This document shows positions 11,815 through 21,566 of a stretch of DNA of 32,000 nt, in pieces. The notes beneath the pieces are model-generated. The model saw only the letters and a program-made list of their open reading frames with translations, did no database searches and was not told where the DNA came from. A program made the position numbers and the translations under genes. Position 1 is the stretch's first letter. Each line of letters opens with the position of its first letter. The DNA is from Acinetobacter wanghuae. Lineage in GTDB: Bacteria > Pseudomonadota > Gammaproteobacteria > Pseudomonadales > Moraxellaceae. The stretch lies in assembly GCF_009557235.1 (NCBI RefSeq), contig NZ_CP045650.1, forward strand, positions 2,610,001-2,642,000, written 5' to 3'.

Positions 11815-12435
11815 TTACTGATGTACCAAACTTAATAAACTTGCCGCACAAGTAAACAATACTGCGAAGGTACGATTTAAAATCTTTTGTTGTTTTGGGG
11901 ACTTGAGCAAGCGCAACACTTTAGCGGCTAAGCCTGTATAGCCCGCCATCACAATCAAATCAATCGTAATCATGGTTGCCGCCATGATCAGATACTGAAT
12001 CCACTGGGGTTTAGATAAATCCAAAAACTGCGGTAAAACTGCTAATAAAAACACAATCGCTTTCGGGTTGCTCATATTGACTAAAAAACCATGCCAAACC
12101 AATTTTGCTTTGGACTTGGTTTGTGTTTCGTGTTGAATTTCAATCGATGTGATAGGTGCAGTCCACTGCAAATATGCCAAATATAATAAATAGCCCACAC
12201 CGAACCATTTTACGGCTAGAAATGCCCATTCCGTAGTCGCGAAAAGCACACCCGCGCCTGCGGCAACAATGCCAATTTGTACCAGTAATGCCAATTGCAA
12301 ACCCAAAGCATTCCAATACCCATGTTTAAAACCGTAATTCAAACCGCTCGACATGGACGCAATCGCACCTGCACCTGGGGAAATGCTAATCACCCAACAC
12401 GCCAACATATACGCGATCCAAACTTGGTAAGACAT
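11815..12435 (-). CDS. LysE/RhtB family amino-acid efflux protein
   Basis: Track ORF 11815-12450 starts at a TTG. I prefer the ATG at 12435 (MSYQVWIAYML..., 206 aa). About six TM helices and an ISPGAG motif, typical of the RhtB/LysE family. Confidence 0.8.
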   Translation of the reverse strand: MSYQVWIAYMLACWVISISPGAGAIASMSSGLNYGFKHGYWNALGLQLALLVQIGIVAAGAGVLFATTEWAFLAVKWFGVGYLLYLAYLQWTAPITSIEIQHETQTKSKAKLVWHGFLVNMSNPKAIVFLLAVLPQFLDLSKPQWIQYLIMAATMITIDLIVMAGYTGLAAKVLRLLKSPKQQKILNRTFAVLFTCAASLLSLVHQ

Positions 12436-12595
12436 AGAATTCAGCTTCAAAAATGGGACTGTATTATATGATATTTACTGTATTTTGATGGCTAAAAATG
12501 CAGCTTAAAAATACCCAAAAATACTATTCACCCTAAGTTTCATCAGGCACAATAAGCCCAAGCCACATCAAAAATATAATTTTTAGGAGCCATGA

Positions 12596-13519
12596 ATGAC
12601 TGCCCAATCCGTGATTTTGCCATTACCTTCAGATCATGCTCGTTTTATTGTTTTACGCTTAAAAGATTTAAGCATTAACGAATTAAAAGAAAAATTAGCG
12701 GATTTATTTACCACCCGTGATCGTTTAATTACCCAACATCCGCAATCACAAATTAAAACCGCGGTGGCTTTTGGTCCTGAACTATGGGCAAAACTCCATG
12801 ACCAAACACCGGCAGGCTTTAAGCAACTCGAAGCCATTCATGGTTCATTCCATATGCCTGTGGTGGAAGCTGATGTCATTCTTCATCTTGCGAGTGCACG
12901 TACTGATATTTGCTTTGCCATGAGCCAAGCCTTTTTTGAAGGGATTCAAGATAAAGTCGATGTTTTAGATGAACGCGTTTGCTTCCGTCATTTTGATGGT
13001 CGGGACATGACAGGGTTTATTGATGGCACGGAAAATCCGCAATTCCCAGATGACCGTGCTGAAACAGCTTTATTACCTGAAGAAGCAGGTATCTTTGCGG
13101 ATGGTTCATTTATTTTTGCGCAACGTTATGCGCATGATTTGGAAAAGTGGAAAAAACTGAAAGTCGACACCCAAGAGCAAATTATGGGTCGCACCAAACT
13201 TGAATCCATTGAACTCGATGATGATGTGAAACCAGCAAATGCTCATATCGCACGTACTGTCGTTGAAGATGAGGATGGCGAAGAAATGGAAATTTTACGT
13301 CATTCCCTGCCGTATGGTGATGGTCGTGGGGATCAAGGCTTATTCTTTATTGCCTATACCAAAGATTTGAACATTATTGATGCCATGTTACTGCGTATGT
13401 TTGGCACCAGTGGTGATGGAATTCATGATCGCCTACTTCACTTTGTGACTCCAAAAGATGGTGCTTATTACTTTGCGCCAAGTGAAGAGCTACTTGAAGA
13501 TATTCTCGATCTTGGATAA
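12596..13519 (+). CDS. Dyp-type peroxidase (YfeX-like)
   Basis: 307-aa ORF with an AGGAG RBS 6 nt upstream. Dyp hallmarks GFIDGTENP, GRTK, LPYG and a YYFAPS C-terminus. Confidence 0.88.
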   Translation: MTAQSVILPLPSDHARFIVLRLKDLSINELKEKLADLFTTRDRLITQHPQSQIKTAVAFGPELWAKLHDQTPAGFKQLEAIHGSFHMPVVEADVILHLASARTDICFAMSQAFFEGIQDKVDVLDERVCFRHFDGRDMTGFIDGTENPQFPDDRAETALLPEEAGIFADGSFIFAQRYAHDLEKWKKLKVDTQEQIMGRTKLESIELDDDVKPANAHIARTVVEDEDGEEMEILRHSLPYGDGRGDQGLFFIAYTKDLNIIDAMLLRMFGTSGDGIHDRLLHFVTPKDGAYYFAPSEELLEDILDLG

Positions 13520-13524
13520 ATGAA

Positions 13525-13549
13525 AGGCAGCCTTCGGGCTGCTTCTTTT
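13525..13549 (+). terminator. Rho-independent terminator after the Dyp peroxidase gene
   Basis: GCAGCC-TTCG-GGCTGC stem-loop (13527-13542) followed by TTCTTTT. Confidence 0.75.
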
Positions 13550-13661
13550 ATGGCTGATGCAGCACTACATTATTTTTAAATCCGTACAATAACCATCATC
13601 GTGTCGTACATTATTTTAAGCTGCTAAACTTTAAAACTGATAAACACAAGAGCGCCCATAT

Positions 13662-14816
13662 ATGCTTGATCTTCCTTCAAAACTTCCTGATTTAGGTGTG
13701 ACTGTCTTTAGTACCATGTCTGCTTTAGCACAGCAGTTGGGCGCACTGAATTTATCGCAGGGTTTTCCTGACTTTGGCGCACCGCAAGCGTTAATTGATG
13801 CTTTAGCCCAAGCATCCGCGGATGGTTTTAACCAATATGCACCGGGTGATGGCTTAACCACGCTTCGACAACTGCTTGCAGAGCAATATTTACACCGTGA
13901 TCAGGTGAGTCTTGATCCCATCACGAATATCACGATTACACCGGGCGCAACTATTGCCATTTACTGTGCCATTCAAGCGACTGTTCGTGCTGGCGAAGAA
14001 GTGATTATTTTCGATCCAAGCTATGATAGTTATGCACCAACGGTTCAAGTCTTGGGTGCAACACCCGTTCATATTGCTTTAAAGCATCCTGACTTTTCAG
14101 TGGATTGGAATGAAGTCAAAGCATTGATCAATGACAAAACCCGTATGATCATTGTCAATACACCGCATAACCCAACAGGCACAATTTGGGCACGTGAAGA
14201 TTGGTTAAGCTTGATTGAACTCATTCAAGATAAAAATATTGTGGTGCTCTCTGATGAAGTCTATGAACATTTGATTTTTGATGGTCAGAAGCATTTCTCT
14301 GCATTATCATTCCCTGAATTACGCGAACGGAGTTTCGTGATTGGCTCTTTTGGTAAAACCTTTCATGTCACCGGTTGGAAAACAGGTTTCTGTGTTGCTG
14401 CTGAACCGTTAATGAAACTGTTGCGTCAGGTCTATCAATTTGCCAGTTTCTGTGGCGTGACACCTGTGCAAGTCGCTTTAGCAAGCTATATGCAGCAACA
14501 TCCTGAGCATATTCAGGAACTCTCGAGTTTTTATCAAAAGAAACGTGACCTGTTTAACCAATCTATTCAAGCTTCACGTTTTGAATGGACACCGTCAAAA
14601 GGCACCTATTTCCAAAATTTAGATTACAGCCAAATTCGACCAGATTTAACCGATACCGACATGTGCCAACTGCTTGCGCATGAACATGGCATTGTCGCTA
14701 TTCCCGTTTCAGTCTTTTATAAACATCCACCGCAAGATTTACGTTTATTGCGTTTCTGTTTCGCTAAAAAAGATGAAACATTAATACAAGCAGGAAACAT
14801 TTTATCCAAGGTTTAG
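13662..14816 (+). CDS. PLP-dependent class-I aminotransferase (YbdL/methionine aminotransferase-like)
   Basis: 384-aa ORF with LNLSQGFPDF near the N-terminus, NTPHNPTG, and a SFGKTF lysine motif. Confidence 0.88.
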   Translation: MLDLPSKLPDLGVTVFSTMSALAQQLGALNLSQGFPDFGAPQALIDALAQASADGFNQYAPGDGLTTLRQLLAEQYLHRDQVSLDPITNITITPGATIAIYCAIQATVRAGEEVIIFDPSYDSYAPTVQVLGATPVHIALKHPDFSVDWNEVKALINDKTRMIIVNTPHNPTGTIWAREDWLSLIELIQDKNIVVLSDEVYEHLIFDGQKHFSALSFPELRERSFVIGSFGKTFHVTGWKTGFCVAAEPLMKLLRQVYQFASFCGVTPVQVALASYMQQHPEHIQELSSFYQKKRDLFNQSIQASRFEWTPSKGTYFQNLDYSQIRPDLTDTDMCQLLAHEHGIVAIPVSVFYKHPPQDLRLLRFCFAKKDETLIQAGNILSKV

Positions 14817-14840
14817 TTGCAAATAGTGTCATAAAAGCAC

Positions 14841-14872
14841 AGCCTGAGTTACTGAAATACTCAGGCTTTTTT
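14841..14872 (+). terminator. Rho-independent terminator after the aminotransferase gene
   Basis: AGCCTGAGT, a 9-nt loop, then ACTCAGGCT, followed by TTTTTT. Confidence 0.8.
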
Positions 14873-14931
14873 ACAGCAAAGCAGTCATACTAACGCTTGA
14901 TAAAAATAGACAATATTGCATAAGGTTTGCT

Positions 14932-16296
14932 ATGGCACAGCGCGCGTTGCTCAATCAGAATAGTTTATGGAAGACTTTTTTAATTTTTCTGCTCCCCCTG
15001 ATTGCGACCAATATTTTACAAAGTCTATCGGGCACCATTAATACGGTTTTTGTCGGTCAAATGCTCGGTGTTAAAGCCATTGCGGCTGTTGCTGTCTTTT
15101 TCCCTATTTTATTTTGCTTAATGGCTTTTGTCATTGGACTTTCCGCAGGTTCAACCGTATTGATTGGGCAAGCGTGGGGTGCCAAAAATCTTGAAAAAGT
15201 ACGTGATGTCGTTGGCTCCACCCTCTTTATGACCTTAATTGGCGGAAGTCTCATTGCACTTTTCGGGGTCATCTTTGCTGAAAATATTTTGTTAGCACTC
15301 GGCACAGATCCCAATGTGATGCCCTTATCTTTGCCTTATGTGCAATGGATGCTTGCCGGCAGTCCACTCATTTTCATTTACATTATTTATACCTCAATTC
15401 TACGCGGAGTAGGCGATAGCACCACACCACTCTTTGCGTCCGCATTAACAATTGGGGTCGGCTTGGTGGTGACACCGATTTTAATTGCGGGTTATTTTGG
15501 CTTTCCTAAAATGGGAATTATCTCCCCTGCAATCGCTACAATTTTGGGAAATTGTGCAGTCTTAATCTTCCTGATCTTATATTTAAATTATAAAAACCAC
15601 CCGCTGAAACCCGATTTCGCCCTGTTAAAAAGCATTCGCCACCATCCGAGTTTAAGCAAAATTATTCTACGCTTGGGCATCCCAACTGGGGTACAAATGG
15701 TCACCACTTCAGTGGCCGGTCTCGTTATTGTTGGCTTAGTCAATCGTTACGGTGCAGATGCTACTGCGGCATACGGTGCGGTTAATCAGGTGCTAAATTA
15801 TATTCAATTCCCTGCGCTTTCGATTGCCATCGCAGCTTCAGTTTTTGCCGCACAAGCCATCGGTGCAGGTAAATCAGACTTACTCAATAAAGTCACGCGT
15901 ACAGCCTTAGTCATGAATATTGTCTTTACGGGCTGCTTGGTAATTCTGGCGTACTTATTCTCTAAATACTTAATGGCGTTATTCATTACCGACCCTGAAG
16001 TGGTGGTTTTGGGACAACAGCTGTTATTCATTGTGTTGTGGTCCATTCTATTCTTTGGTGCGAGCGCTATTTTTGCATCCATCATGCGTGCGAGTGGCAC
16101 GGTCACTGTCCCGATGATCATTAATATTGTCGCGATTTTATGTATTGAAGTGCCTTGTGCCTATATCTTTAATTTACATTGGGGACTTCAAGGGATTTGG
16201 TATGCGTACGCGCTTGCTTTTGTCAGTCTATGCGTTATGCAAGGTTTGTATTATCAGTTTGTGTGGAAGAAGAAAACGATTGAGACGTTGGTATAA
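14932..16296 (+). CDS. MATE family efflux transporter
   Basis: 454-aa, ~12-TM ORF with a typical MATE N-terminus (LPLIATNILQSLSGTINTVFVGQ.LG) and an internal repeat. Confidence 0.85.
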   Translation: MAQRALLNQNSLWKTFLIFLLPLIATNILQSLSGTINTVFVGQMLGVKAIAAVAVFFPILFCLMAFVIGLSAGSTVLIGQAWGAKNLEKVRDVVGSTLFMTLIGGSLIALFGVIFAENILLALGTDPNVMPLSLPYVQWMLAGSPLIFIYIIYTSILRGVGDSTTPLFASALTIGVGLVVTPILIAGYFGFPKMGIISPAIATILGNCAVLIFLILYLNYKNHPLKPDFALLKSIRHHPSLSKIILRLGIPTGVQMVTTSVAGLVIVGLVNRYGADATAAYGAVNQVLNYIQFPALSIAIAASVFAAQAIGAGKSDLLNKVTRTALVMNIVFTGCLVILAYLFSKYLMALFITDPEVVVLGQQLLFIVLWSILFFGASAIFASIMRASGTVTVPMIINIVAILCIEVPCAYIFNLHWGLQGIWYAYALAFVSLCVMQGLYYQFVWKKKTIETLV

Positions 16297-16395
16297 TGAC
16301 GAGTAGATTGAAGTTAAAAAAATCTGAGCAACATGCTTTTGAAGCAAGCTACTCAACCAGACATTATCTTAATTGAATATGGATTGAAACGGATA

Positions 16396-16420
16396 TAAAA
16401 AATGCCCATAAGGGCATTTA
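16396..16420 (-). terminator. Terminator hairpin between convergent genes; the U-tract is better on the minus strand, so it ends the ABC operon
   Basis: ATGCCC-ATAA-GGGCAT (16402-16417), flanked by an A-run on plus, which reads TTTTTTA downstream on the minus strand. Confidence 0.7.
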
Positions 16421-16442
16421 AAGAATGAGTTAAGTTTCTGTT

Positions 16443-17258
16443 TTACCAAGTTAATTCATAGCCATCCAATGTAGTCGATGCTAGTTCAATCTGAGTATCT
16501 TTGAAGTCGAGTAGAATGTCATTTTTCAATAATGCTAAGCGAAAGTCTTCACGCTTACGTGGGCGTTCTAAATCCACATTGACAATGCGTTTAATTCTAC
16601 CGGGATTTGGTTGCATCACCACGACACGATCACCTAAAAGTACAGCTTCTTCAACGTCATGTGTCACTAAAATAGTGGTGATTTTTTCTGAAGCTAAAAT
16701 ACGTTGTAACTCCTGTTGCAAGTGAGCGCGTGTCAACGCATCCAAAGCACCAAAAGGCTCATCCAAAAGTAAAATTTGCGGTCGATTCACCAGACTTCGG
16801 GCTATTGCGACACGTTGACTCATCCCTCCTGAAAGCTGACTTGGATAAGCATATTTAAATGCACTCAACTGTACTAGCTCAAGATGGTAATCAATTAATT
16901 CCTTTTTTTCAGCTTTGGTGTATGCACTCTTTTCAAGTGCCAATCCAATATTTTTCTCTACGTTTAGCCAAGGAAATAAGCGATGATCTTGGAACACAAT
17001 GCCACGCTCTAGACTGGTTCCTTTAATTGAATGACCATCGATCTCAATTGAACCACTGTATTCAGCATCCAAACCAACCAGTAGACGTAACAGTGTCGAT
17101 TTACCACAACCACTGTTACCTACAATGCTGATGAATTCACCCGGCTGAATATTGAGATTGATCTGATCTAAAACCTGTAAAGGTTCGCCCTGGGAAAGAA
17201 ATGCTTTATCTAATTTTTTGATTTCAACGTGCCCAAAGGCACTGACATGCTGATTCAT
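16443..17258 (-). CDS. ABC transporter ATP-binding protein (SsuB/TauB/NrtD-like; no C-terminal regulatory domain)
   Basis: 271-aa ORF with Walker A GNSGCGKST, signature LSGGMSQR and Walker B LLLDEPFGALD. Confidence 0.9.
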   Translation of the reverse strand: MNQHVSAFGHVEIKKLDKAFLSQGEPLQVLDQINLNIQPGEFISIVGNSGCGKSTLLRLLVGLDAEYSGSIEIDGHSIKGTSLERGIVFQDHRLFPWLNVEKNIGLALEKSAYTKAEKKELIDYHLELVQLSAFKYAYPSQLSGGMSQRVAIARSLVNRPQILLLDEPFGALDALTRAHLQQELQRILASEKITTILVTHDVEEAVLLGDRVVVMQPNPGRIKRIVNVDLERPRKREDFRLALLKNDILLDFKDTQIELASTTLDGYELTW

Positions 17259-17278
17259 ATTGATTCCTATTTTTAACT

Positions 17279-18055
17279 TTATTTATGAGTGCCTTGGCGC
17301 CAGCGCAAATTATAGCTTTCAAAAAATTGGGCAGCTTTTGAGAACAATAGTCCAACCACTGCGATAATTGCCATGCCATAAATGACCACTTCCATTTTGA
17401 AGAGGTTTTGTCCATCGAGTATCGGATTAACCACACCCGGTGCTGCGACGAAGAAATACTCAGCTCCTACCGTAGCTATCCATGAAAAAACTAAAGCAAT
17501 ATTCAATCCTGCAAAAATACTGGGTGCAGCGGAAGGTAAAATAACTTTAAAGAATGTCGAGAATTTGCTGAGTTGAAAGATTTTTGCAACTTCTTTGGCT
17601 TTCTCAGGCACATTCTTTACACCATCGTAGGTATTGAAAAATACGGGATAAAATACAACCAAAGCAATAAAGATAATCTTGGATAATTCGCCATTACCGA
17701 ACCACATGATCATTAATGGAATCCAAGCAAAAACAGCGACATGCTTGATTGCATTTAAGGTTGGAGAAAAAAAACGATCCGCCCATATATTTAAGCCAAG
17801 TAATAAACCACAGCCTGCACCAATGATGCCCCCAGCAATAAAGCCTGTGGTATTACGTGCGAGGCTATAGGCGATATTTTCTAGAAGCTCTTTCGACTGC
17901 CAACTTTCAACAAATACCTGCCATACCGATTTCGGCAAAGGTAAAAGTGCAGCGTCGACCCACTTTTGCTGAGTTACGATATACCAGATGACAAACAAAA
18001 CCAGTGGAATAACCAGTCCACGATAATCGAATTTTTTTATAGCTTTATTTTGCAT
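17279..18055 (-). CDS. ABC transporter permease (SsuC/TauC-like)
   Basis: Track ORF 17279-18109 overlaps the upstream gene. I prefer the ATG at 18055 (MQNKAIKKF..., 258 aa) with AAGGA 7 nt upstream; 18070 is also possible. BPD-type permease with about six TM helices. Confidence 0.85.
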   Translation of the reverse strand: MQNKAIKKFDYRGLVIPLVLFVIWYIVTQQKWVDAALLPLPKSVWQVFVESWQSKELLENIAYSLARNTTGFIAGGIIGAGCGLLLGLNIWADRFFSPTLNAIKHVAVFAWIPLMIMWFGNGELSKIIFIALVVFYPVFFNTYDGVKNVPEKAKEVAKIFQLSKFSTFFKVILPSAAPSIFAGLNIALVFSWIATVGAEYFFVAAPGVVNPILDGQNLFKMEVVIYGMAIIAVVGLLFSKAAQFFESYNLRWRQGTHK

Positions 18056-18083
18056 AGCCGAATCCTTCATGACTGAACACTTT

Positions 18084-18932
18084 TTATTTTTGAGTGTTCC
18101 AAACAGCAAATCGTTTTTGAATAAAGCTAATCACAAAATCAAAGCTAAATCCCACCAGACCAATCACTACAACTGTTGCTAAAACCACATCAAGTTGGAA
18201 AATTTGACGTCCGTAAACCATTAAATAGCCAATTCCATCGCTCGATGCTAAGAGTTCTACAGCAACCAACGCACCCCAAGCACTTGCAAGAGAAAGGCGT
18301 AAGCCACCAATAAAACTGGTAAATGCACCAGGTAAAACCAAATGTTTAAACTTAGACCATCGACCTAGTTGATAAACCTCTGCGACTTCAGTTAAAGATT
18401 TAGGGATATTTCGAACGCCTTTAAAGACATTTATGGTCATGGGTACCAGTGCAGATTTAGCAATCAAAACAATTTTTAAGGTTTCATCAATACCAACTAA
18501 TAAAATTAAAAGCGGAATCCAACCGACGACAGGGACAAGGTTAATCACTTTAAAAATAGGCCAAATATATGCCTCAACGGTTGATGATAAACCCATACTT
18601 AAACCGAGCAATAATGCCAACACAATGCCTGCGCTAAAACCATAAGCAATCCTTGACAAACTCACACTCAAATTACTCCACAGCTCACCGCTATGGTATA
18701 AATCTTGAAGTGCAGTCCATACCAAATCAGGTGCAGGAAGTAGTAAAGGATTAACCCAACTTTGCTCTACAGACACATGCCATAACACCAGCAAGAAAAT
18801 TGGAAAAATACTTCCTATAATCCACTTGATACTTTTATGTTTACTCAAAAATTGAATCCAAGATCCTTTTTTCTGAACTTGGTCGAGCAGTTCAAAATCT
18901 GCTGTTTTTTCCAAGGTTATATTCTCAGACAT
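18084..18932 (-). CDS. ABC transporter permease (SsuC/TauC-like), second paralogous subunit
   Basis: 282-aa polytopic ORF. It is a paralogue of the downstream permease and has an EAA-like loop region. Confidence 0.85.
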   Translation of the reverse strand: MSENITLEKTADFELLDQVQKKGSWIQFLSKHKSIKWIIGSIFPIFLLVLWHVSVEQSWVNPLLLPAPDLVWTALQDLYHSGELWSNLSVSLSRIAYGFSAGIVLALLLGLSMGLSSTVEAYIWPIFKVINLVPVVGWIPLLILLVGIDETLKIVLIAKSALVPMTINVFKGVRNIPKSLTEVAEVYQLGRWSKFKHLVLPGAFTSFIGGLRLSLASAWGALVAVELLASSDGIGYLMVYGRQIFQLDVVLATVVVIGLVGFSFDFVISFIQKRFAVWNTQK

Positions 18933-18963
18933 TGCTTGATACTCCTAAGGGCAATGCAAGCGG

Positions 18964-20031
18964 TTATTTACCATTTGCATTTAAAGGTGCCCAAAAATTC
19001 TGCAAATTCAAAGTCTGTAAGGCTTTATTGACGTACTTAGGCTCGATCCATTGATCGACATCAATATTGCCTCGGATTAATTTAATGTCCTGACCTGCTT
19101 TTAATTTTTGTTTAATAAGTGAGATGTTATAAGCATCAAAAATTGGTGCACTATGACGTTTTAAATCAACACCATCATTGGCTTTAACAAAGTTTGCGAA
19201 AGCCAAGCCTGACTTTGACCAGAGTTTAAATAGTTCAGTTTTATGTGCAGGATCACTTTCCCAAGCTGCTTGTTTGACTAAAACATTCACAATACGCTGA
19301 ACGGTTTCAGGATATTTTTGCTCAAACTTAGAACTCACCAAAACATAACCAGACAGACGATTCACCTGTGGCTCTTGTTTTGTGCTGTAAATAATTTTAG
19401 CGACGCCACGATCTACCACTGGGAAAATCCCTTGGTTACTAAAAATTGCATCTAAATCACCACTAGCCAAAGCAGAGTAAGCCACTGGTCCATCGGTATT
19501 CACAAAACGGAAGTCTTTTTCAGTCAGTCCTTGACGTTTAAGCGTATTGATTAAAGCTAAATGTAAATTGGTACCACGGTAAAATCCAATACGTTTACCT
19601 TTTAAATCTGCAAATGACTTGGCTGTTGAACCTGGAGGTACTGCTAAATATGCATTGTCATTGGTACCTGCTATTGCGATCAATCGCGTATCTAAACGGC
19701 TTGCCTTACCAATTAATGCAGGTAAATCTCCAATCCATGTGATATCGACCAAACCATTGGCATAAGATTCATTAATCGCAGGTCCCGCACCTTTAAAGTT
19801 ATTCCATTGAATTTTAATACCATCTTTTTGGAATTCTTTTTCAATTAAGCCCAACGTTTGTGTGGTGGAATAGTAATTGCTATATCCTACCGGTCGATTA
19901 CCTGTACCTACATAAGGTGTAGATAAACGAATAACTGTTGGTTTTACTTCAGCTGCAAAACTCTGAGTAAGAGGGAAAAGTGTTGATGTTGCAATCAAGC
20001 TGCTAACAAAAATTTTAGACCAAGACGTCAT
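18964..20031 (-). CDS. ABC transporter periplasmic substrate-binding protein (NMT1/SsuA/AtsR-like)
   Basis: 355-aa ORF with a signal peptide (...LTQSFAAE). The overall pattern is that of sulfonate, sulfate-ester or nitrate-type binding proteins. Confidence 0.8.
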   Translation of the reverse strand: MTSWSKIFVSSLIATSTLFPLTQSFAAEVKPTVIRLSTPYVGTGNRPVGYSNYYSTTQTLGLIEKEFQKDGIKIQWNNFKGAGPAINESYANGLVDITWIGDLPALIGKASRLDTRLIAIAGTNDNAYLAVPPGSTAKSFADLKGKRIGFYRGTNLHLALINTLKRQGLTEKDFRFVNTDGPVAYSALASGDLDAIFSNQGIFPVVDRGVAKIIYSTKQEPQVNRLSGYVLVSSKFEQKYPETVQRIVNVLVKQAAWESDPAHKTELFKLWSKSGLAFANFVKANDGVDLKRHSAPIFDAYNISLIKQKLKAGQDIKLIRGNIDVDQWIEPKYVNKALQTLNLQNFWAPLNANGK

Positions 20032-20060
20032 TATAAAATCCTTCTGAATAGAGAATATGA

Positions 20061-21554
20061 TTAAAAGCCATACTGGAACTGTGCGACCAATTCGTTATAT
20101 TTCTGATTGGTGATCGCGTTATCTACATGATTCACATTGAGCTGGAATTTAGTTGTTTCAGCAAAAAATGCATTTAAACCAATACTATGAATATCAATCG
20201 TTTGATTATTCAGGTTGGTATCACGGTCAATCGTGTCAAAGCGATAAAACGTTTGATAAGACTTTGGCCACCAGTCGTCATAACGTCCTTGATGACGGAA
20301 ACCTTTGACAAATTGTTCACCCAGATTCCAAAATAATGTGCCAGTGTGTGATTCACTTTGACGGTTATAAACATCTCGAGTGGCATTTACATAAGTTTCA
20401 TCTTCCGCATGAACATACTCATAGGTCAGACCAAAAGGATGATGGTTGTAATAAAGATCGATTCCTTTACGAGAAATATCGCCTTTACCCGCAAATGAAG
20501 CACTGGTGCCATTTAGCTCAAATAAGTTACTTTTACCTTGATACCATGATGCTCCGATGCTCAACTCACGTAACCACGAGTTGTATTCCGCAGGTAAGGT
20601 ATAGCGAACGCGCCCAATGAAATTTTTATCATCATTGTCATCAGACTTATTTGCACCGTTGCCGTTTACAATACCAAAAGCATAGCTAATCATCGGTGAA
20701 CGATAGTTATAACCGTAATCAACTGTTGGGAATGCATCACCACGAACAATTAGACCAACTTCACGCAGTGCTAAACCATAGCCATAACCTGGCAAGCTAA
20801 ATAACGCATTGTTAATTGTCGGTTTTAAATCTTCTGTAGATTGAACCTCTTGCCCGAAGGGTAGGAGTTGTTGACCGAAGGTGATGCTTAAACGCCCAGT
20901 GTCTGCACTTAAAGTTGGTGAGGCGTTATAAATCAATTGTGCATCGAGCAAGTTTAAATAGCTGTTGTTGGTACCCGATTGAGGCGAAGTACCAAAACGT
21001 AGATTGAAATCTAAGTTACGTCCTTGGTCATAATCTTTAAACAGATTGCCTATAAAACCAATTTGAACAGCACCCAAATCAAATGAAGAGTGACGCTTAT
21101 TTACAGCGGTTGCTGTATTTGCACCGACTGGATTGGTCGTCTGTGATTCATCGTAATAAGATGCCTTGGTTTGTACCACACCATTGATGAGCAATTGACG
21201 AGAAGACAATGCCGTTTTGGTGTCACGTTCTCGCTGAACTTGATATTTATAGTTTTCTAAATCGCTTTGTATGCCTTGGAATTCAGCCAATGTGACGTAA
21301 CGTTGATCATCTTCAGCGGTTTCCTCGCTTTGATCCTCTGGATATAACCCATCAGAAAGAATAGCTTCAGGCTGAGTTGTATTTGAACTTTTAGCTTGAA
21401 TCGAATTAATTTCATTTTTTAATTGTTTTAATGATTGTTCTAGCTGGCTCACTTGCTGTTGTAGTTGGCTAAGATCCCCATCTGCATGAGTCAACGAGAT
21501 ACTTGCACCCAGTAAAGTTAGCGTGGCTATCCCAAATTTTAATGGCAATTTCAT
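20061..21554 (-). CDS. Outer-membrane porin, OprO/OprP (phosphate/anion-selective porin)-like, with an N-terminal coiled-coil extension
   Basis: 497-aa ORF with signal peptide MKLPLKFGIATLTLLGASISLTHA, a heptad-repeat segment, alternating beta-strand-like sequence rich in Y/G/N, and a C-terminal ...QFQYGF (terminal Phe typical of OMPs). Confidence 0.75.
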   Translation of the reverse strand: MKLPLKFGIATLTLLGASISLTHADGDLSQLQQQVSQLEQSLKQLKNEINSIQAKSSNTTQPEAILSDGLYPEDQSEETAEDDQRYVTLAEFQGIQSDLENYKYQVQRERDTKTALSSRQLLINGVVQTKASYYDESQTTNPVGANTATAVNKRHSSFDLGAVQIGFIGNLFKDYDQGRNLDFNLRFGTSPQSGTNNSYLNLLDAQLIYNASPTLSADTGRLSITFGQQLLPFGQEVQSTEDLKPTINNALFSLPGYGYGLALREVGLIVRGDAFPTVDYGYNYRSPMISYAFGIVNGNGANKSDDNDDKNFIGRVRYTLPAEYNSWLRELSIGASWYQGKSNLFELNGTSASFAGKGDISRKGIDLYYNHHPFGLTYEYVHAEDETYVNATRDVYNRQSESHTGTLFWNLGEQFVKGFRHQGRYDDWWPKSYQTFYRFDTIDRDTNLNNQTIDIHSIGLNAFFAETTKFQLNVNHVDNAITNQKYNELVAQFQYGF

Positions 21555-21566
21555 GAATCAGAGCAC

